A stretch of DNA of 64,000 nt. It comes from Geosiphon pyriformis uo1 (taxonomy: Eukaryota; Fungi; Glomeromycota). The notes below the pieces were generated by a model, which was not told the origin of the DNA, did no database searches, and saw nothing but the letters and a program-made list of their open reading frames with translations. Shown here piece by piece: positions 1 to 13,900 of this stretch (the first letter of the stretch is position 1; each line of letters starts with the position of its first letter). The DNA lies in the NCBI GenBank assembly GCA_016748015.1, contig JAAOMT010000134.1, positions 68,757 to 132,756 of the forward strand. Reading direction: 5' to 3'. Both the position numbers and the translations under genes were made by a program.

Positions 1-527
1 CACAAAAAGAAATAAATATTAAATAATTCGAAAAACCAAATTCTTTAAATTATTGCACTTGGAAAATTCTCAAAACCCAACTAACATTTTGAAATTGATT
101 AGCTACCAATTTCAGTAAACTGTTAGTGACTCCAGGTCTGGATAGAAAACGTTTCTCTTAACAAAATTCTATTTCTTTTACATTTCTTTTATTTTTCTTT
201 TTTTTTCTTATTACAATTATTAGGGTAGCCTACAGACAAGATTCCTGTAGAAGAGTTGACTTTCACAGCAAAGTAACTACACATTTTTAGTGAGCTTCCA
301 GACGAGCAATTTCTGGGAAAGAGTTAATGTTTACTACAATATAACTACATAAAGCAACTGGCACAGAATTGGCTATTTTACTCATAAGTCCAGCAAGTTC
401 AAATTATAGAAGATAATTTGAAGATAAATTCAGTTACTGGAGGTCCAACTACTTTCTGGAAACGTGAATTCACAACAAACAGGCATCAACAACATTCAAG
501 AAAGGAGACCAAAAACCTCTGATAACA
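1..527 (+). repeat. 3' part of a family-B LTR (3' LTR or solo LTR; starts before window)
   Basis: Colinear with 24580-25096 and 33465-33984; ends GATAACA at 527; no PBS follows. Confidence 0.9.
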
Positions 528-637
528 CTGAAATTCTGCAATTCTTGAGAGGAATTCTGGAATTCCACATTTACTATATCTACTTCTGATTGGCTACTAA
601 TCATGCTAATATATTTTCTATATTTCTATAAGTAACA
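528..637 (-). repeat. 5' end of an A/D-type LTR on the minus strand, interrupted by the family-B LTR
   Basis: Reverse complement begins TGTTACTTATAGAAATATAG...AGCCAATCAGAAGTAG...GGAATTCCAG, as at 6602, 18071 and 37443. Confidence 0.85.
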
Positions 638-3629
638 ATGAGATAATACACCATGTTTAGCTTGTGGGGAAACTTTCCTTGATGAAGGAATGTGGAACAA
701 CATTCTTGGAAGAGAGGAAACATGCGATAAAATCTGCCAGTATACGATCCTAATCAATAACTGGGTATGCAAGGGAACACCAATTAACAATGTCTAGAAA
801 CAAGTATTATGACGATTGGAAAGATATCCACATGATGAACATGAACTCTGAAGAATGGTGAGTGCAAAAGCAGAAGGTGCAACAACTAGTGAACTACTAG
901 AAATCAAAAACAACCCCTTAGCTCTGCCTGAACCTGAATACGTTCTAATGTTCGACGTATTTGGCAACATTGAGGACAATCTGAAAGAATTCCATGAGCA
1001 CTATCAACAGTTGGCACCTACTCGAGAAAAACAAGAGCAATGGTTGGAAGAAATAAACACTCGACTATGTGACCACTGTTTGATTCCATGTGACTTCCGA
1101 TATTGTAATGAGTGTGACCTCATTTACAATCCGCCACCATGCATGATCTACACAATCCCAGAAGAAAAGGAACTAATCAGCAGCTGTGCATTAAAATTGA
1201 AATCAATTTTTAATCTCAATTCAAACTCTGACAATGATGATAACAAAAACACCAGTTCCAGCTCCATTTAATATGGCAAAAACAATCACAACAATTCCAA
1301 ATCAGATTTAAATCCTGATCCAAACTATGAACAATATATTGTGCTTCCTGACCTCACCAAGAAACAGGAACTTAAATGGTTTAGCAATAATAATGAAGGT
1401 ATTATGCCAGAATAAGCACATGATACCAATGCCAGGTTTGATTTGAGGTATCCAGAAAAAGATGTTATCAAATTAGAACCATATTTATGCACCTGCATTG
1501 ATTTGAAAATAGCATTGGAAATTCTGGCAACAACAATAGTGCAATTAGCATTTAGGAGTAGTCTAGCAAAAAGAGAAATAAATATAAGAAGAGAAATAAT
1601 TGACACAGAATATGTAGAAAATATTATTGCCATGCTACAAAATGACTCAGAAAAGGCCTATATTATAGAACCAAACAAAAAGATAGCACAGGCAATATTC
1701 CTGCCTTTGGTTAAAGTAACTCAATTAATGTCAGTGAGAAACAGAGAAGAATTAGGGATAACAGCAAGAGGAATACAGGAATTCAGATCCACAAGTAGAA
1801 TAAATATACCAGTCAATATGGCAGAGGAAAAAATTGTTGGCCAAAGAGAAATTGTTTTAACCAGTCAAGCAATTTCTATTCCACCATATGACCAGTACAT
1901 GTTGGCAATAAAGAGAAGAGTGAAGAATCAAACACAGATTTTTGAAGCAGAAGCAACCCTTTGTGAATCAGGAGAGATTGGACTTATCAATCTCCACATA
2001 TCTGCCAAGGGCCACAACCATATTAAAATTCCCATCTACAATACAACAGGAGATGCCATCACAATACCAGAAGGAACTATCATTAGATATCTGAGCACTG
2101 AATTAGAAAATCAACCACCAAGCATTATTCCAGATTTTTCACAGCTTTGTGGATATGTGGATATTACATCACAAACAATATATAAACGAAATGAATGTTA
2201 TTTGCTCCAACCAGAACAATTGGAACAAATGAACATAAGAAACTTAGACCCACTTCAACGTATGTAGCTTAAGATGTTGCTTAATAATTTCAATGACATT
2301 TTTGCCAGCAAAAATGAATTTGGCAGAACTGACATCATCCAACACCAGATCAAAACTGGAGATATGATGCCAATCAAACAAAGAGCATACAGAGTACCAC
2401 CAGCCAGCCATGAGATCATCCATCAAGAAATCAATCAAATGCTTGACAACAGGCTAATTCAGCTATCAATGAGTCCATGGTCATTACCAATAGTACTTGT
2501 TCGTAAAAAGAACAGGAAGATCCGCTTTTGTGTGGATTACAGAAAACTCAATGGTGTAACTCGTGGAGACAGTTATCTAACTCCATGGATACAAAAATTA
2601 TTTGACACTTTCAGTGGAAACAAATGGTTCTCAACACTAGACTTGGACAGTAGTTACTGGCAAATAGCTATGAATTCAGCAGACAAAGAAAAGATGGCAT
2701 TCACCACTAGAGAAAGGAATTTTGAATTCAAAGTAATATCATTCGGCTTAACCAATGCACCAGCCACTTTTAAGCAATTAATGGAAATTGTTTACACTGG
2801 CTTATTGTGGAAATCAGTAGTAGTATATCTAGATGACACCAATGTGTTCTCAAGAACATTCAATGATCATCTCCATCATCTCCAGCAAGTGTTCAAAAGA
2901 CTACAACGAGCAGGACTAAAGTTGAATGCCACCAAATGTTTTTTTGGCAAGACAGAACTGAAATTTTTAGAACATATAGTCAGTAAAGATAGCATTAAAA
3001 CAGATTCAAAAAAAATAGAGATAGTAAAGAACTTTTCAGTACCAACCAATGTGACAGAACTATAATTATTCTTGGGATTTGCTAGCTATTATCGATGCTT
3101 TATTAAGAATTTTTCAAAGATAACTCAGCCATTCAATCATTTTCAAACCAAAAATGTAAAATATAAATGGACCAAAACTCAACAAGAAGCTTTTAATACC
3201 CTAAGAAGAAAGCTCATTCAAGCTCCAGTACTAATATATCCAGATCATAGTAAACCATTCATTATTACTACTGATGCATCAGGTCAAGCATTGGGAGCAG
3301 TACTATCTCAGAGAGGACCAGATGGAAGAGAACATTCAGTAGCATATGCCAGCCGAGGTTTAACCCTAGCTGAAAAGAACTATGGGACATCAGAATTAGA
3401 ATATTTAGCAATCTATTGGACAGTCATGAAATGGAAAGAATACTTAAGCCAAAAGTTTGAGGTGTATACAGATCACAAAGGACTGACATCACTCCAGAAA
3501 CAAAAATTTGAAGATGGCAGACAATCAAGATAGAAAATAGCATTTTCACCATATACTTATACTATACACTATAAAAAAGGAAAAAACAATAGAAATGCTG
3601 ACGGTTTGTTATGGATAAAACAAATCTAG
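638..3629 (+). pseudogene. pol: Degenerate pol of A (Cys-rich region, dUTPase, RT, RNase H)
   Basis: dUTPase-type RFDL/RSSLA/IAQA; RT RFCVDYRKLN, FGLTNAPATF, YLDD; RNase H TTDAS; scattered premature stops; terminal stop 3627-3629. Confidence 0.92.
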
Positions 3630-3688
3630 AACATTTCAACCCAAAATTATAACAAAACCAAACCAATCCAACGAAAATATAACAAAAG

Positions 3689-5071
3689 ATGAATCCACAA
3701 AAATATCAACAACTCAAACATTATATAGAGACTCAACAGTTCAAGAAGAAATTATCTCAAACAGAATGCAATAGTATCAAACAACAATCAAAATACTTTA
3801 TTACATACCAAAATATACTTTATCAGAAGAATAGAAGAGATCCAGATAAACCAACCAGAGTAATTATAGAGCCAGAAAAAGAAACAGTGTTATTCAACAT
3901 GCACTCTGATCTAACAGCAGGACATTTTCACAAAGAAGCTATTATAGAAAGAACCAGAAAAAGATACTATTGGCCATTGATGTATTCAGATATCATCCAA
4001 TACATTCAAAATTGTAATGCATGTCAAAGAAGAGAAGGAACAAGATCCAATGAACTATTAAGACCAATCAAAGTGGAACAACCATTTGACTGCATTAGAA
4101 TTGACTTAGTTGGACCATTGACAATTACCAGCAGAGGCAACAGATATATTGCAGTAGCCATGGACTATCTCACTAAATGGCCAGAAGCAAAAGCAATTCA
4201 AAAAATGAATGCAGAATCCATTGCTGAATTCATTCATCAAGATCTGATTTGTCAACATGGATGTTCAAAAGAACTATTATCAGACCAAGGAACCCATTTT
4301 GTGAATAGAACATTAGCAGAACTAAGCCAAAGATTCGGAATTAAAAGACCACTATCATTATCATACCATCCACAAACCAATGGATTAGTTGAAAAATTTA
4401 ATAGAACATTGTGTGAAGCAATAGCAAAACTCAGTCAAGAAAACCAGAACAAATGGGATTTGTTCATATCATCAGTATTATTTGCTTATCGGACAATAAA
4501 GCAAGACACCACACAAGTAACACCATTTGAATTGGCATATGGTAGAACAGCAACATTACCAGTGGAGATAGAGGTTAACATATATCCAACTAAACCAATA
4601 ACAGAAAAAAATTTCCAGAAAACATTGTTAAGAAGAACATATGACTTAATAGAAACATTGAAAAGCAAACAAAAAAGAGCAGCTGACAATATTCAAAAGT
4701 CACAAGAGAAACAGAAAGAAAAACACAATAGTCAAGTACCAAACAAACCAGTTGAATTCAAGATTGGAGACAAAGTATTACTACATCATACCAAAGTGGA
4801 AAAACAATAGAGTGGAAAATTTGATCCCAAATAGGATGGACCATTTCACATAGAAGAAATTCTAGGAAATGGAGCTTACAAATTAAGACCAAACAACAAA
4901 ATCTTAATCAAAGCAGTACATGGAGATCGACTGAAACTGTATCACAACATCACACCACCATCCACCAGTAATATTCCACAATTAGGAGTACAGAAGATAT
5001 TAGTCCAACCAGATGAGATTTCACAAGATGTGGAACCAATCATCATTATTAACAACAACACATTAAATTAA
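3689..5071 (+). pseudogene. Integrase of A, separate ORF
   Basis: ATG 3689; H..H..CNAC; IDLVGP / SDQGTHF / NGLVEKFN; GPF motif; two TGG>TAG stops near 4810-4835. Confidence 0.92.
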
Positions 5072-6240
5072 TTTATCAAAAGAATATATAAAGACATAGT
5101 AAACGTGACAAGAAATATCAGAAAAATGGAAATTACAGACAACATTCACTCACTAGCACAACAACTCTTTCAATTAATCCAACATCAAGAGATGGAAATT
5201 ACAATTAATCAATAAACAATTCGATATTGAGATACTAGAAAGACATCGCAGCACAGAACATAGAAGAAAACAGAAAATACCATCAACAGAATCATTGCAA
5301 AAGTAAAATTGACAATAAAAGAGTTGACAAAAGAGTCACTATACCAAGAGTTGACTAAAGAAACTTGGAATTAGTGGATACAACAATTTCCAAGAAACTA
5401 TTGTTATNNNNNNNNNNNNNNNNNNNNCCAATAACAGAAAAAAATTTCCAGAAAACATTGTTAAGAAGAACATATGACTTAATAGAAACATTGAAAAGCA
5501 AACAAAAAAGAGCAGCTGACAATATTCAAAAGTCACAAGAGAAACAGAAAGAAAAACACAATAGTCAAGTACCAAACAAACCAGTTGAATTCAAGATTGG
5601 AGACAAAGTATTACTACATCATACCAAAGTGGAAAAACAATAGAGTGGAAAATTTGATCCCAAATAGGATGGACCATTTCACATAGAAGAAATTCTAGGA
5701 AATGGAGCTTACAAATTAAGACCAAACAACAAAATCTTAATCAAAGCAGTACATGGAGATCGACTGAAACTGTATCACAACATCACACCACCATCCACCA
5801 GTAATATTCCACAATTAGGAGTACAGAAGATATTAGTCCAACCAGATGAGATTTCACAAGATGTGGAACCAATCATCATTATTAACAACAACACATTAAA
5901 TTAATTTATCAAAAGAATATATAAAGACATAGTAAACGTGACAAGAAATATCAGAAAAATGGAAATTACAGACAACATTCACTCACTAGCACAACAACTC
6001 TTTCAATTAATCCAACATCAAGAGATGGAAATTACAATTAATCAATAAACAATTCGATATTGAGATACTAGAAAGACATCGCAGCACAGAACATAGAAGA
6101 AAACAGAAAATACCATCAACAGAATCATTGCAAAAGTAAAATTGACAATAAAAGAGTTGACAAAAGAGTCACTATACCAAGAGTTGACTAAAGAAACTTG
6201 GAATTAGTGGATACAACAATTTCCAAGAAACTATTGTTAT
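4595..6240. other. Scaffold gap (20 N, 5408-5427) flanked by an 813-bp duplication (4595-5407 = 5428-6240)
   Basis: The copies look identical by eye, including decay mutations, and both abut the N run; this indicates an unmerged contig overlap. Confidence 0.9.
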
Positions 6241-6588
6241 TTTTATTTAAGACAACACGTGAATATCCAGAATCTATATATGGATAAAACAAAGCAATTA
6301 TTTGACACAAGAATACTACAACAATTAGAACATTTTGTGGAAAAGAACAACTTATCCACACAGACCCGAGTCATATACCAAATACACACAACATTTCAGG
6401 ATCAACCAGAAATCTTACTCAACAAAGCAATGAATATGGTTACCAGTAATCAATTAGGAAAAATCACCAATGCTTAATTTGAAGAATTACAGACTCAAAT
6501 AGCACAAATAATTCTTAAAAACAAAATTCAAGAAATACTTCAAGAGGAGGAATTAACAGGATTGAATTTCAATGGAGCTCAATATTAA
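5959..6588 (+). pseudogene. ORF3 of A (unknown ~209-aa protein, MEITDNIH...NFNGAQY*)
   Basis: 630 nt, same length and position as in D; stops explained by transitions. Confidence 0.75.
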
Positions 6589-6601
6589 AAAGAGGGAATA
6601 A

Positions 6602-7430
6602 TGTTACTTATAGAATTATAGGGAATATATATTAGCATAGTTATTAGCCAATCAGAAGTAAACATAGTAAATGTGGAATTCTAGGATTTTTCTCAGGAAT
6701 TGCAGGATTCCAGGAATTACAGGATTTTCATGAAAAATTGCAGAATTCCAGAATTTCAGGATTTCTCTCAAAAGAATTACAGGATTCCTGTTGTGAAAAA
6801 TTGAGGAATCGAGAAATCTCAAATATGTATATATAACAGTAGTATGAGAAGCTAAAAAGACAGACCTCCCAGTTTAGATTTCATCTAGACAACCTTCCAA
6901 ACACAATAAATAACTATTTGGTATCTCAAACTTAATTCTACTATCAACACTTCATGTTAATAGTAATTAATATTTAAACACACTGGAACAATAGCTCTTG
7001 ATCACAGCTATTGACAAGATACTAACTTGCAAAACCACTTTGGCTTATTTATTATTTTCTTTTATTTCTTTTCTTCATTTTTATTTTTGATTTTATTGTT
7101 GTGCACTAATTGGTTGAATAAAGCACTAGATTACTGATGTCAAGGATTGCTTAGTAAAAGACCCCTGTGAGAGGTTAAGACATGTACAGAAGATACAGAA
7201 TACTTACTAAAGGATTGCTGGCCATCACACTGAGAGAAAAATTGACAGAATTGCGATTCTGGGAAGCTACAAATAAAACAATTATTGAATCTCTGTTCAT
7301 TATACAAAGAACTCAAACCAAAATCTTCAGATACAAAACTTTCAGATTATTAACATCAACGCAAATAACTTTTAGCACCAAGTTACAGGTTTGTTATTTG
7401 ATTAGAAACCCCAAATAATCGCCTATAATA
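6602..7430 (+). repeat. 3' LTR of A
   Basis: TGTTAC after the PPT; CCAAT box, GGAATTGCAGGATTCC array, TATA (~6828); end decayed to CCTATAATA. Confidence 0.88.
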
Positions 7431-10270
7431 ACAGTATTAAATGAGAGTTTGGGTGTAATCACTAGTGGTAAGACTATTGTAAAAGTGGCAAATTTTGATT
7501 TTTTGGCTGTTTTAAGACTTGAGATAACTTTGACTAGTTTATCAAACATAATTATGGGTCTAATGGCCAAATTAGACAATGCTGGTTTGAATGTAAATAC
7601 TTTTTTTTCCCAATGACAGATTTTGTTTGAAAAATAGCTATATGTAATGTGCAAAGTATCAATGTCCCTGCCAAGCAAGTGAATATTATTTGTTGACATA
7701 AAATATGAACAATGTAATTTTAATAGTTACCAAAACAAAGCTAAAAGAAAAAATCCACCTATAGATTGCTAACAAATTTGCTGGTATTTGTGTATTTACT
7801 TTTAGATTGGACTCTGGTTATCTGGATTTTGGTGTTGTAGTTATTATAAATATTAATTTGGTAAAACATATGTACAAGATTTCAGAAATTGCTGGTAGGC
7901 TCTTGTTTATTAAGCTCTTTTTTAAGAATAAGTTATTTATTTCAATTTTGGAGCTGTATACTAATGCTATTCTGGCTGTGTATTTGTTTTAAGCTGATAA
8001 GATTAACTTTTTGATTGCAAAGACTGTAAACAAATTTTTTTTTGTCATCTTGAATAAAGATTTTGATGAAAACAGTTCATATAGAAATGTTAGTTTTAAG
8101 AAATATCTTGATTTAGAGTTGGTCAATTTTTTATTAAAAAGTTTGATTATAAAAAGTCTTACATAAAAAAATTCCAGAAGTACTGAAAAAACAATTGATT
8201 ATGTATTTGTTTCTTCAAATTTGGCTAATGTAATAATACATCATAATGTTTTTGATGTTAGGAAATACTTTCATACTAATTACTAAACTGTTTCTGTATT
8301 TGTGAGTTTGGGTGGATTATTGAATATGTGGTTGAACTCTCTTTGTAAACAAGCAAATAAGGATCACTGGAAGTTCAATATTAAAAATGCTAATGAGATA
8401 AAGTAGTACAAGTTTAAGGAGTTTATGACAGCTAATATAGCAATATTTTCTAATAAGTTTGTTGTGGCCAAAAAATTTTCAGATCTAGATGCTATATGAA
8501 TTATTGTTTGCAAAGTTATGTGTCTTTTAGTGGATAAAATTTTTAAGAAGATATGATTCAAGGACTTTGATAGTATTTTTACTAAAGTATTTTCTAGGTT
8601 TTATAAGTTAAAAATTTTGGTTTTGAAAATTGTCAAGACTTTATATGAAAATATTAATAGTGTATTTGAGTTTTTAATGGCCTACTGGATTTTCTTGAAC
8701 ATTAATAAGGCTTTATCTGTTCAGGCTTTTTTGGATTCTGGTGTGAATCTTAATAGTATACATTTGGCTTTTTTTAGTGTGAAAAAATCATATTATGCTT
8801 CCAAGTTTGTTGATTTTTTGCAGACTAAGAAGTTAAAAATTAGGTTAGCTATTAATAAATAAATGGAAAGTTTTGCAGTCAACAAGGTTTACACAATTAA
8901 GAATGTACTAAAATGTTCTTTTTGAAAAGTAGTTTTGGATCATCTGATGGTAAATAATGAGTTGGTTCTGAATTCTAATGATGTTAAGTCTAAAATAGAT
9001 GAAATTATGGAGAATTAAACAAAGAAGAGATTAGTTATAAGTGGAATTTCTGACCAATAGAGCTGTCAATATTTACTGCTGGTTTATATTGACAATGCTG
9101 TCTTTTTTGGGGTCATAGACACTGTTACTTTTAATAATTTGCTACAAATAATTAAGAATTTGCCTAATAAAAAAGCTGTTGATCTGTCTAGTATTACCAA
9201 TAAACTTTGAAAACATTGTGATAAATCTGTTTTTGTAATGCTTCTGGATTTCTTGAACTTTTGTTTAGTACATAAATCAGTGCTTTGTTCTTGGAAGGAA
9301 GCTTGGGTTTTAATGATTTCTAAGTCTTATAAATGAGAAGAGATTTTGACTAATATCAGACCAATTGCCTTAATTGAAACTGCTCAGAAGATTTTTTCCA
9401 AGTTGTTCTCTGATAGAATTTCATTGGCATGTAGCAAGTTTAATGTGTTATATGGTAACAATTTCTCTGTATTAAAAAGCATTACTACTCAGTTTTCTAT
9501 TTTTACAGTGAACTCAATTGTTAAAGATGCTTGGAAAAGGATCGAGAACTCTGACTAGTTTTGCAGAATATATAGAAAGCATATAATTCAGTTAACTGAC
9601 ATCATCTTAAGAACAGTTTGGTTTAGATAAAAATGTGTAAACACTTTGTTAGGTTTTTTGGTAAAATTTACAATAATAGAATAAACCAAGTTATAACAGA
9701 TTTTGGGCTTATTAATATATATTATGTATATAATGGTCTGGACTAGAACAAGATTTTTTTACCTTTGCTTTGGAAAATCTTTTATGACTCTTTTTTGTGC
9801 AAATTCAAGAGACATAAAAGCCTGTATGATTACTGTATTAATACTAAGTTTATTGCCAAACTAGTAAGATAGAAGTCCAAAGCAGATTGACTTTACATTT
9901 GGTTGCTAAGGCTTTTATTAATGACACAATTTGGATGAGAAATAGTTAGGCTGCTATTCAGTATATTTTGAACATTGCAAGTGATTTTTTTAGGTTTAAT
10001 AATATTTTAATCAATAATAAAAAGACAGTAGCAATTTTTATCAACCAGAAAGTTAATAAGGTCTTATTATTAATAAGTGGTTTGCTAATATTAGTTGCAT
10101 AAAAAGGGGAATTATATGAGTATCTTGGTATTTTTTTATCTTCTGAGAGTTTGTCCAAGTCTAATTTAGTAAAAACACACTTAGATGTCAGGTTTTTTGC
10201 TAATGTGGTCTTAAAAAAGACTATTTCAAATAAGCAGTTTCTTTATTTGGTCTTGGTTATAGTTGGTATT
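7431..10270 (+). mobile_element. Degenerate non-LTR retrotransposon (LINE): ORF1 C-terminus plus ORF2 APE endonuclease-RT, 3' truncated
   Basis: APE-like CNVQSIN, ILNKDFDE (GDFN), TIDYVFV; RT-like RPIALIET, QNI*KAYNS (D..KAYDS), AFINDTIW (xADD), YLGIF; T-rich sense strand. Confidence 0.85.
7613..10270 (+). pseudogene. LINE ORF2 (endonuclease-reverse transcriptase), many stops and frameshifts
   Basis: ATG at 7613 overlaps the upstream TGA; motifs as above; the right boundary is approximate. Confidence 0.8.
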
Positions 10271-10985
10271 ATACAAGATTTCTTAAGTCTTGCAATTCCT
10301 TTAAAGAAATCCTGCAATTTTTCATGAAGAATCCTGCAATTTTTTTAGAGAAATCTTAGAATTTTTCTATTACTATGCTTATTTTTGATTGGGTATTCCT
10401 TTAACTATATAATATTTCTAATTTCTATACATAATATTATTTCCTCCTTTTTAATATTAAGCTCTGTTAAAATTTTCTAAACTTTTTAGATTTCTTTTAT
10501 AAATTAGCTTTTTAACTTCTTTTTTCCAGAATTGCTTTTGTAATTTTTGTCTGCAATTTTTCAAATTAAGTGTTGATTAATTTTCCCAATTGGTTAATAA
10601 TTACTATATCTATTATTGGGTGTAATAATATTTTTAGTCTGTTTTGAAATTCTATCCATAGTTAGTAAATAGCTCTTGTATATGTAAATAAGTTGTTTTT
10701 TTTGACAATTTATTCAATTTGTTGTAGTTGGATTGGATCAAATTTTTGTTTTGTTTTGTCAGCATACAAGTTTTTAATGCTTAATTGTTGTTCTAACTAA
10801 TAGTAATAAAAGTTTTTTTAGTATAATATATCTTAGTAAGTGATAAAATATTTTAATTGTTGTTTTATGTTGTTTTGTTTTTTTTGAGATAATTTTTTTT
10901 TGAACTGTTAAGTATTAATATAATGTTGAAGTTGTTGATATTTTTGTGTATTCATTTTTTGTTATATTTTTGGGTTAAAATGTTC

Positions 10986-13900
10986 TTAGATTTGTTTTAT
11001 TTGTGACAAACCATTAGCATTTCCATTTTTTTTCTCTTTTTATAATGTATTGTATAATTAAATAATAATAATTATATTTTTTATTTTGCATGGTAGTTAT
11101 TTGCAAATTTTTGCTTCTGAATTAATGTTAATTTTTTGTGATCAGTGTACACATTAAATTTTTAACTCAAGTATTTTTTTTATTTAATGACAGCCCAATA
11201 GATAGCCAAATGTTCTAGTGCTAGAATTCTATAGTTCTTTTTAGCTGGGCTTAAGTTTCAGCTGATATATGCTACTGGGTGTTCTCTTTTATCTGGTTTT
11301 TTTTGTGATAATACAGCTCTCAATGCTTGATCTAATGCATTAGTGGTAATGATGAATAGCTTGCTATAATTTGAATAAATCAATATTGGTGCTTAAATAA
11401 GCTTTCTTCTTAAGATATTAAAAGCTTCTTATTGAATTACAATCTATTCATATTTCATATTTTTTGCTTAGAGCTGGTAAAATGGTTGAGCCAGCTTAAA
11501 AAATTCTGGATAAAGCAGCAATAGTATTCTGCAAATTCCAAGAATGCTCTTAATTCTATAAGATTTGTTGGTATTGAAAAGTTCTTAACAATCTTGATCT
11601 TATCTGGATCTATTTTGATGCCATTTTTGCTTATAATATGTTCCAAAAACTTGAGTTCAGTTTTTTCAAAGAAACATTTTGTAGCATTCAACTTTAGTTC
11701 AGCTTTTCTTAGTCTTTTAAACACTTGTTGGAGATAGTAAAAATAATCATCAAATGTTTTTGAGAATACATTAGTATTATCCAAGCAAACTACTACTAAT
11801 TTTCATAGTAATTTTGTATAAACAATTTTCATCAGCCATTGGAAGGTAGCTGAAGTATTCATCAAGCCAAAAGACATAATATTGAATTCAAAATTTTTTT
11901 CTCTGGTTGTAAATATTGTCTTTTCTTTATTAGCTGAATTTATGGCTACTTGCCAATAATTACTGTTTAAATTCAATATTGAAAACTATTTTTTTTCTCC
12001 AAATACATCAAATAACTCTTGAATCTGTAAAATTGAATAACTGTCTCTACAATGTTATACTTAAAAAAGAGAAAAATAATACATAATCAAAAAAAGAGAA
12101 AAACATATGGTTATAAATTAGCCAATTAAAATAAAAAAAGAGAAAAAAGAATTTTTCAATAAATCCAAGATATTTCAGAAAAGTTGAAAATTTTTCAGGA
12201 AATCTTGGATGTTTCAGGAAATCAAAAATTTTGCAGAAAATCTAGCAAAGAAAAAGAATTTCTTATGTAAAGAGAATTATGTATATATAGTAGTAATATT
12301 AGAAGCTAGAAAATAAGACAATTAAACTCAGAGTCAAAAAGACTTTCAGAGTCAATTAGACTTGCAGGTCATGATTATTAAATACTTTTTTTTTAAGAAT
12401 AGTTGCTATCAACCAGAATGGAATTATATTAATAAAATATCTCTTCAATTTTTCAAGTCCATGTTATTGTTATTTGTTTGAAAATCTAATTACTCTTTTA
12501 TTTATTAACACTTTATGTTGATAAAATTCAACACTTAACCACACTGAAACAATAGCTTTTGATTATAACTATTAACAGAATACTAACTTTTTATTGTCTT
12601 GGCTTATTTTCTTTATTTCTTTTTATTTTTTTTTATTTCTTTTATTTTCTCTTTTATTGTTGTTTACTAATTGATTAAAGATCAACACACAGAGTTATAG
12701 ACATCAAAGTGACTGGTAAAAGACCCAGAAATAAGGATAGAACACTTGATTGAGGATAGCTTACTAGAAGAATTACCAGCTATTATCCTGAGAAAAAAAT
12801 TTGATGGAATTGTGATTCCAGGAAGCTACAAATTACAACACTTGAATCTCTATTCATTATACAAAAAACTTAACCAAAACTTTCAGATATTACCAATTAT
12901 AACAGTTATTAAGTACCAAATTACAGGTTTGTTATTTGATTTAAGACCCTAAATAATTACTTATAACAACAAATAACACTGTTAAGTTTTTTGTAGTCTA
13001 TACAAAAGTGGATTTTTCCATTTTTCTTTCAAACTAATATCATTGGTAATAATTATAGATTTATTGATAGTTGAATTAATCTATTGTCTAACATTCTGTT
13101 AATTTCTTGTTAGATAATTTTATGGCTTACTAGTAGTACTTAGTATGCTCATTGTTTAATTGGCATAGTATCTTCAGTTTTAATCTAATACTAGATAATA
13201 TCAGTTCTGTCAAATTTATTTTCACTAGTAAAAATGTTGGTGAAATTGTTGAGTAGTATTTTAAGCTGCATACATTAAAGTGAATTTAAATTTTCCAAGT
13301 TCATTTGGTCCAATTGTTTTGATTAAAACAAATAACATTCTTCTTGTCTGTATATTGTTTGTGATGTAATATTCACATATTCACACAGTTATAGAAAATC
13401 TGAAATGGAATTTGGTAGTTGGTTCTTAACCTTAGTACTTAAGTATTCAATAATAGTTTTACTCAGTATTTTAATGGTGTCTCCAGTTGTATTGTAGATA
13501 AAAATTTTAATGTATTTATTGTTTTTGGCCAATATATAGAGATTGGTAATTCTAATCTTCTCTAATTTACAAATAGTTGGTTCTACTTCAAAAATTTGAG
13601 GCTGGTTCCTTACTTTTCTCTCTATTATTAACATATACTGATTATATAGTGAAATAAAAATTGATTGATAAGTAAAGATAATTTCTTTTTTATTAATTGC
13701 TTTTTTTTCTATTATATTGACTAGTATGTTTATTTTATCTATTAATCCAAATCTATTTTTCTTTCTGGCTGTAATTCTTAATTCTTTTCTTGTTTTTATT
13801 GGCACTAATTAAGCTATTTTTACCAAAAGTAGAAATATTGTTTGTGCTATCTTTTTATTTGGTTTAATTATATATATTCTGTATCAATTATTTCTCCTCT

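Larger units (their letters stand above)
638..7430 (+). mobile_element. Element A: 3' part of a Ty3/Gypsy LTR retrotransposon (Cys-rich, dUTPase, RT, RNase H, IN, ORF3, 3' LTR)
   Basis: RT-RH-IN domain order, PPT at ~6587-6601, LTR from 6602; colinear with element D. Confidence 0.93.

Noticed and set aside
4595-6240. Biological tandem duplication of the IN tail and ORF3 start
   Set aside because: Apparently identical copies abut a 20-N gap in a region where all true repeats are diverged; this is an assembly overlap.
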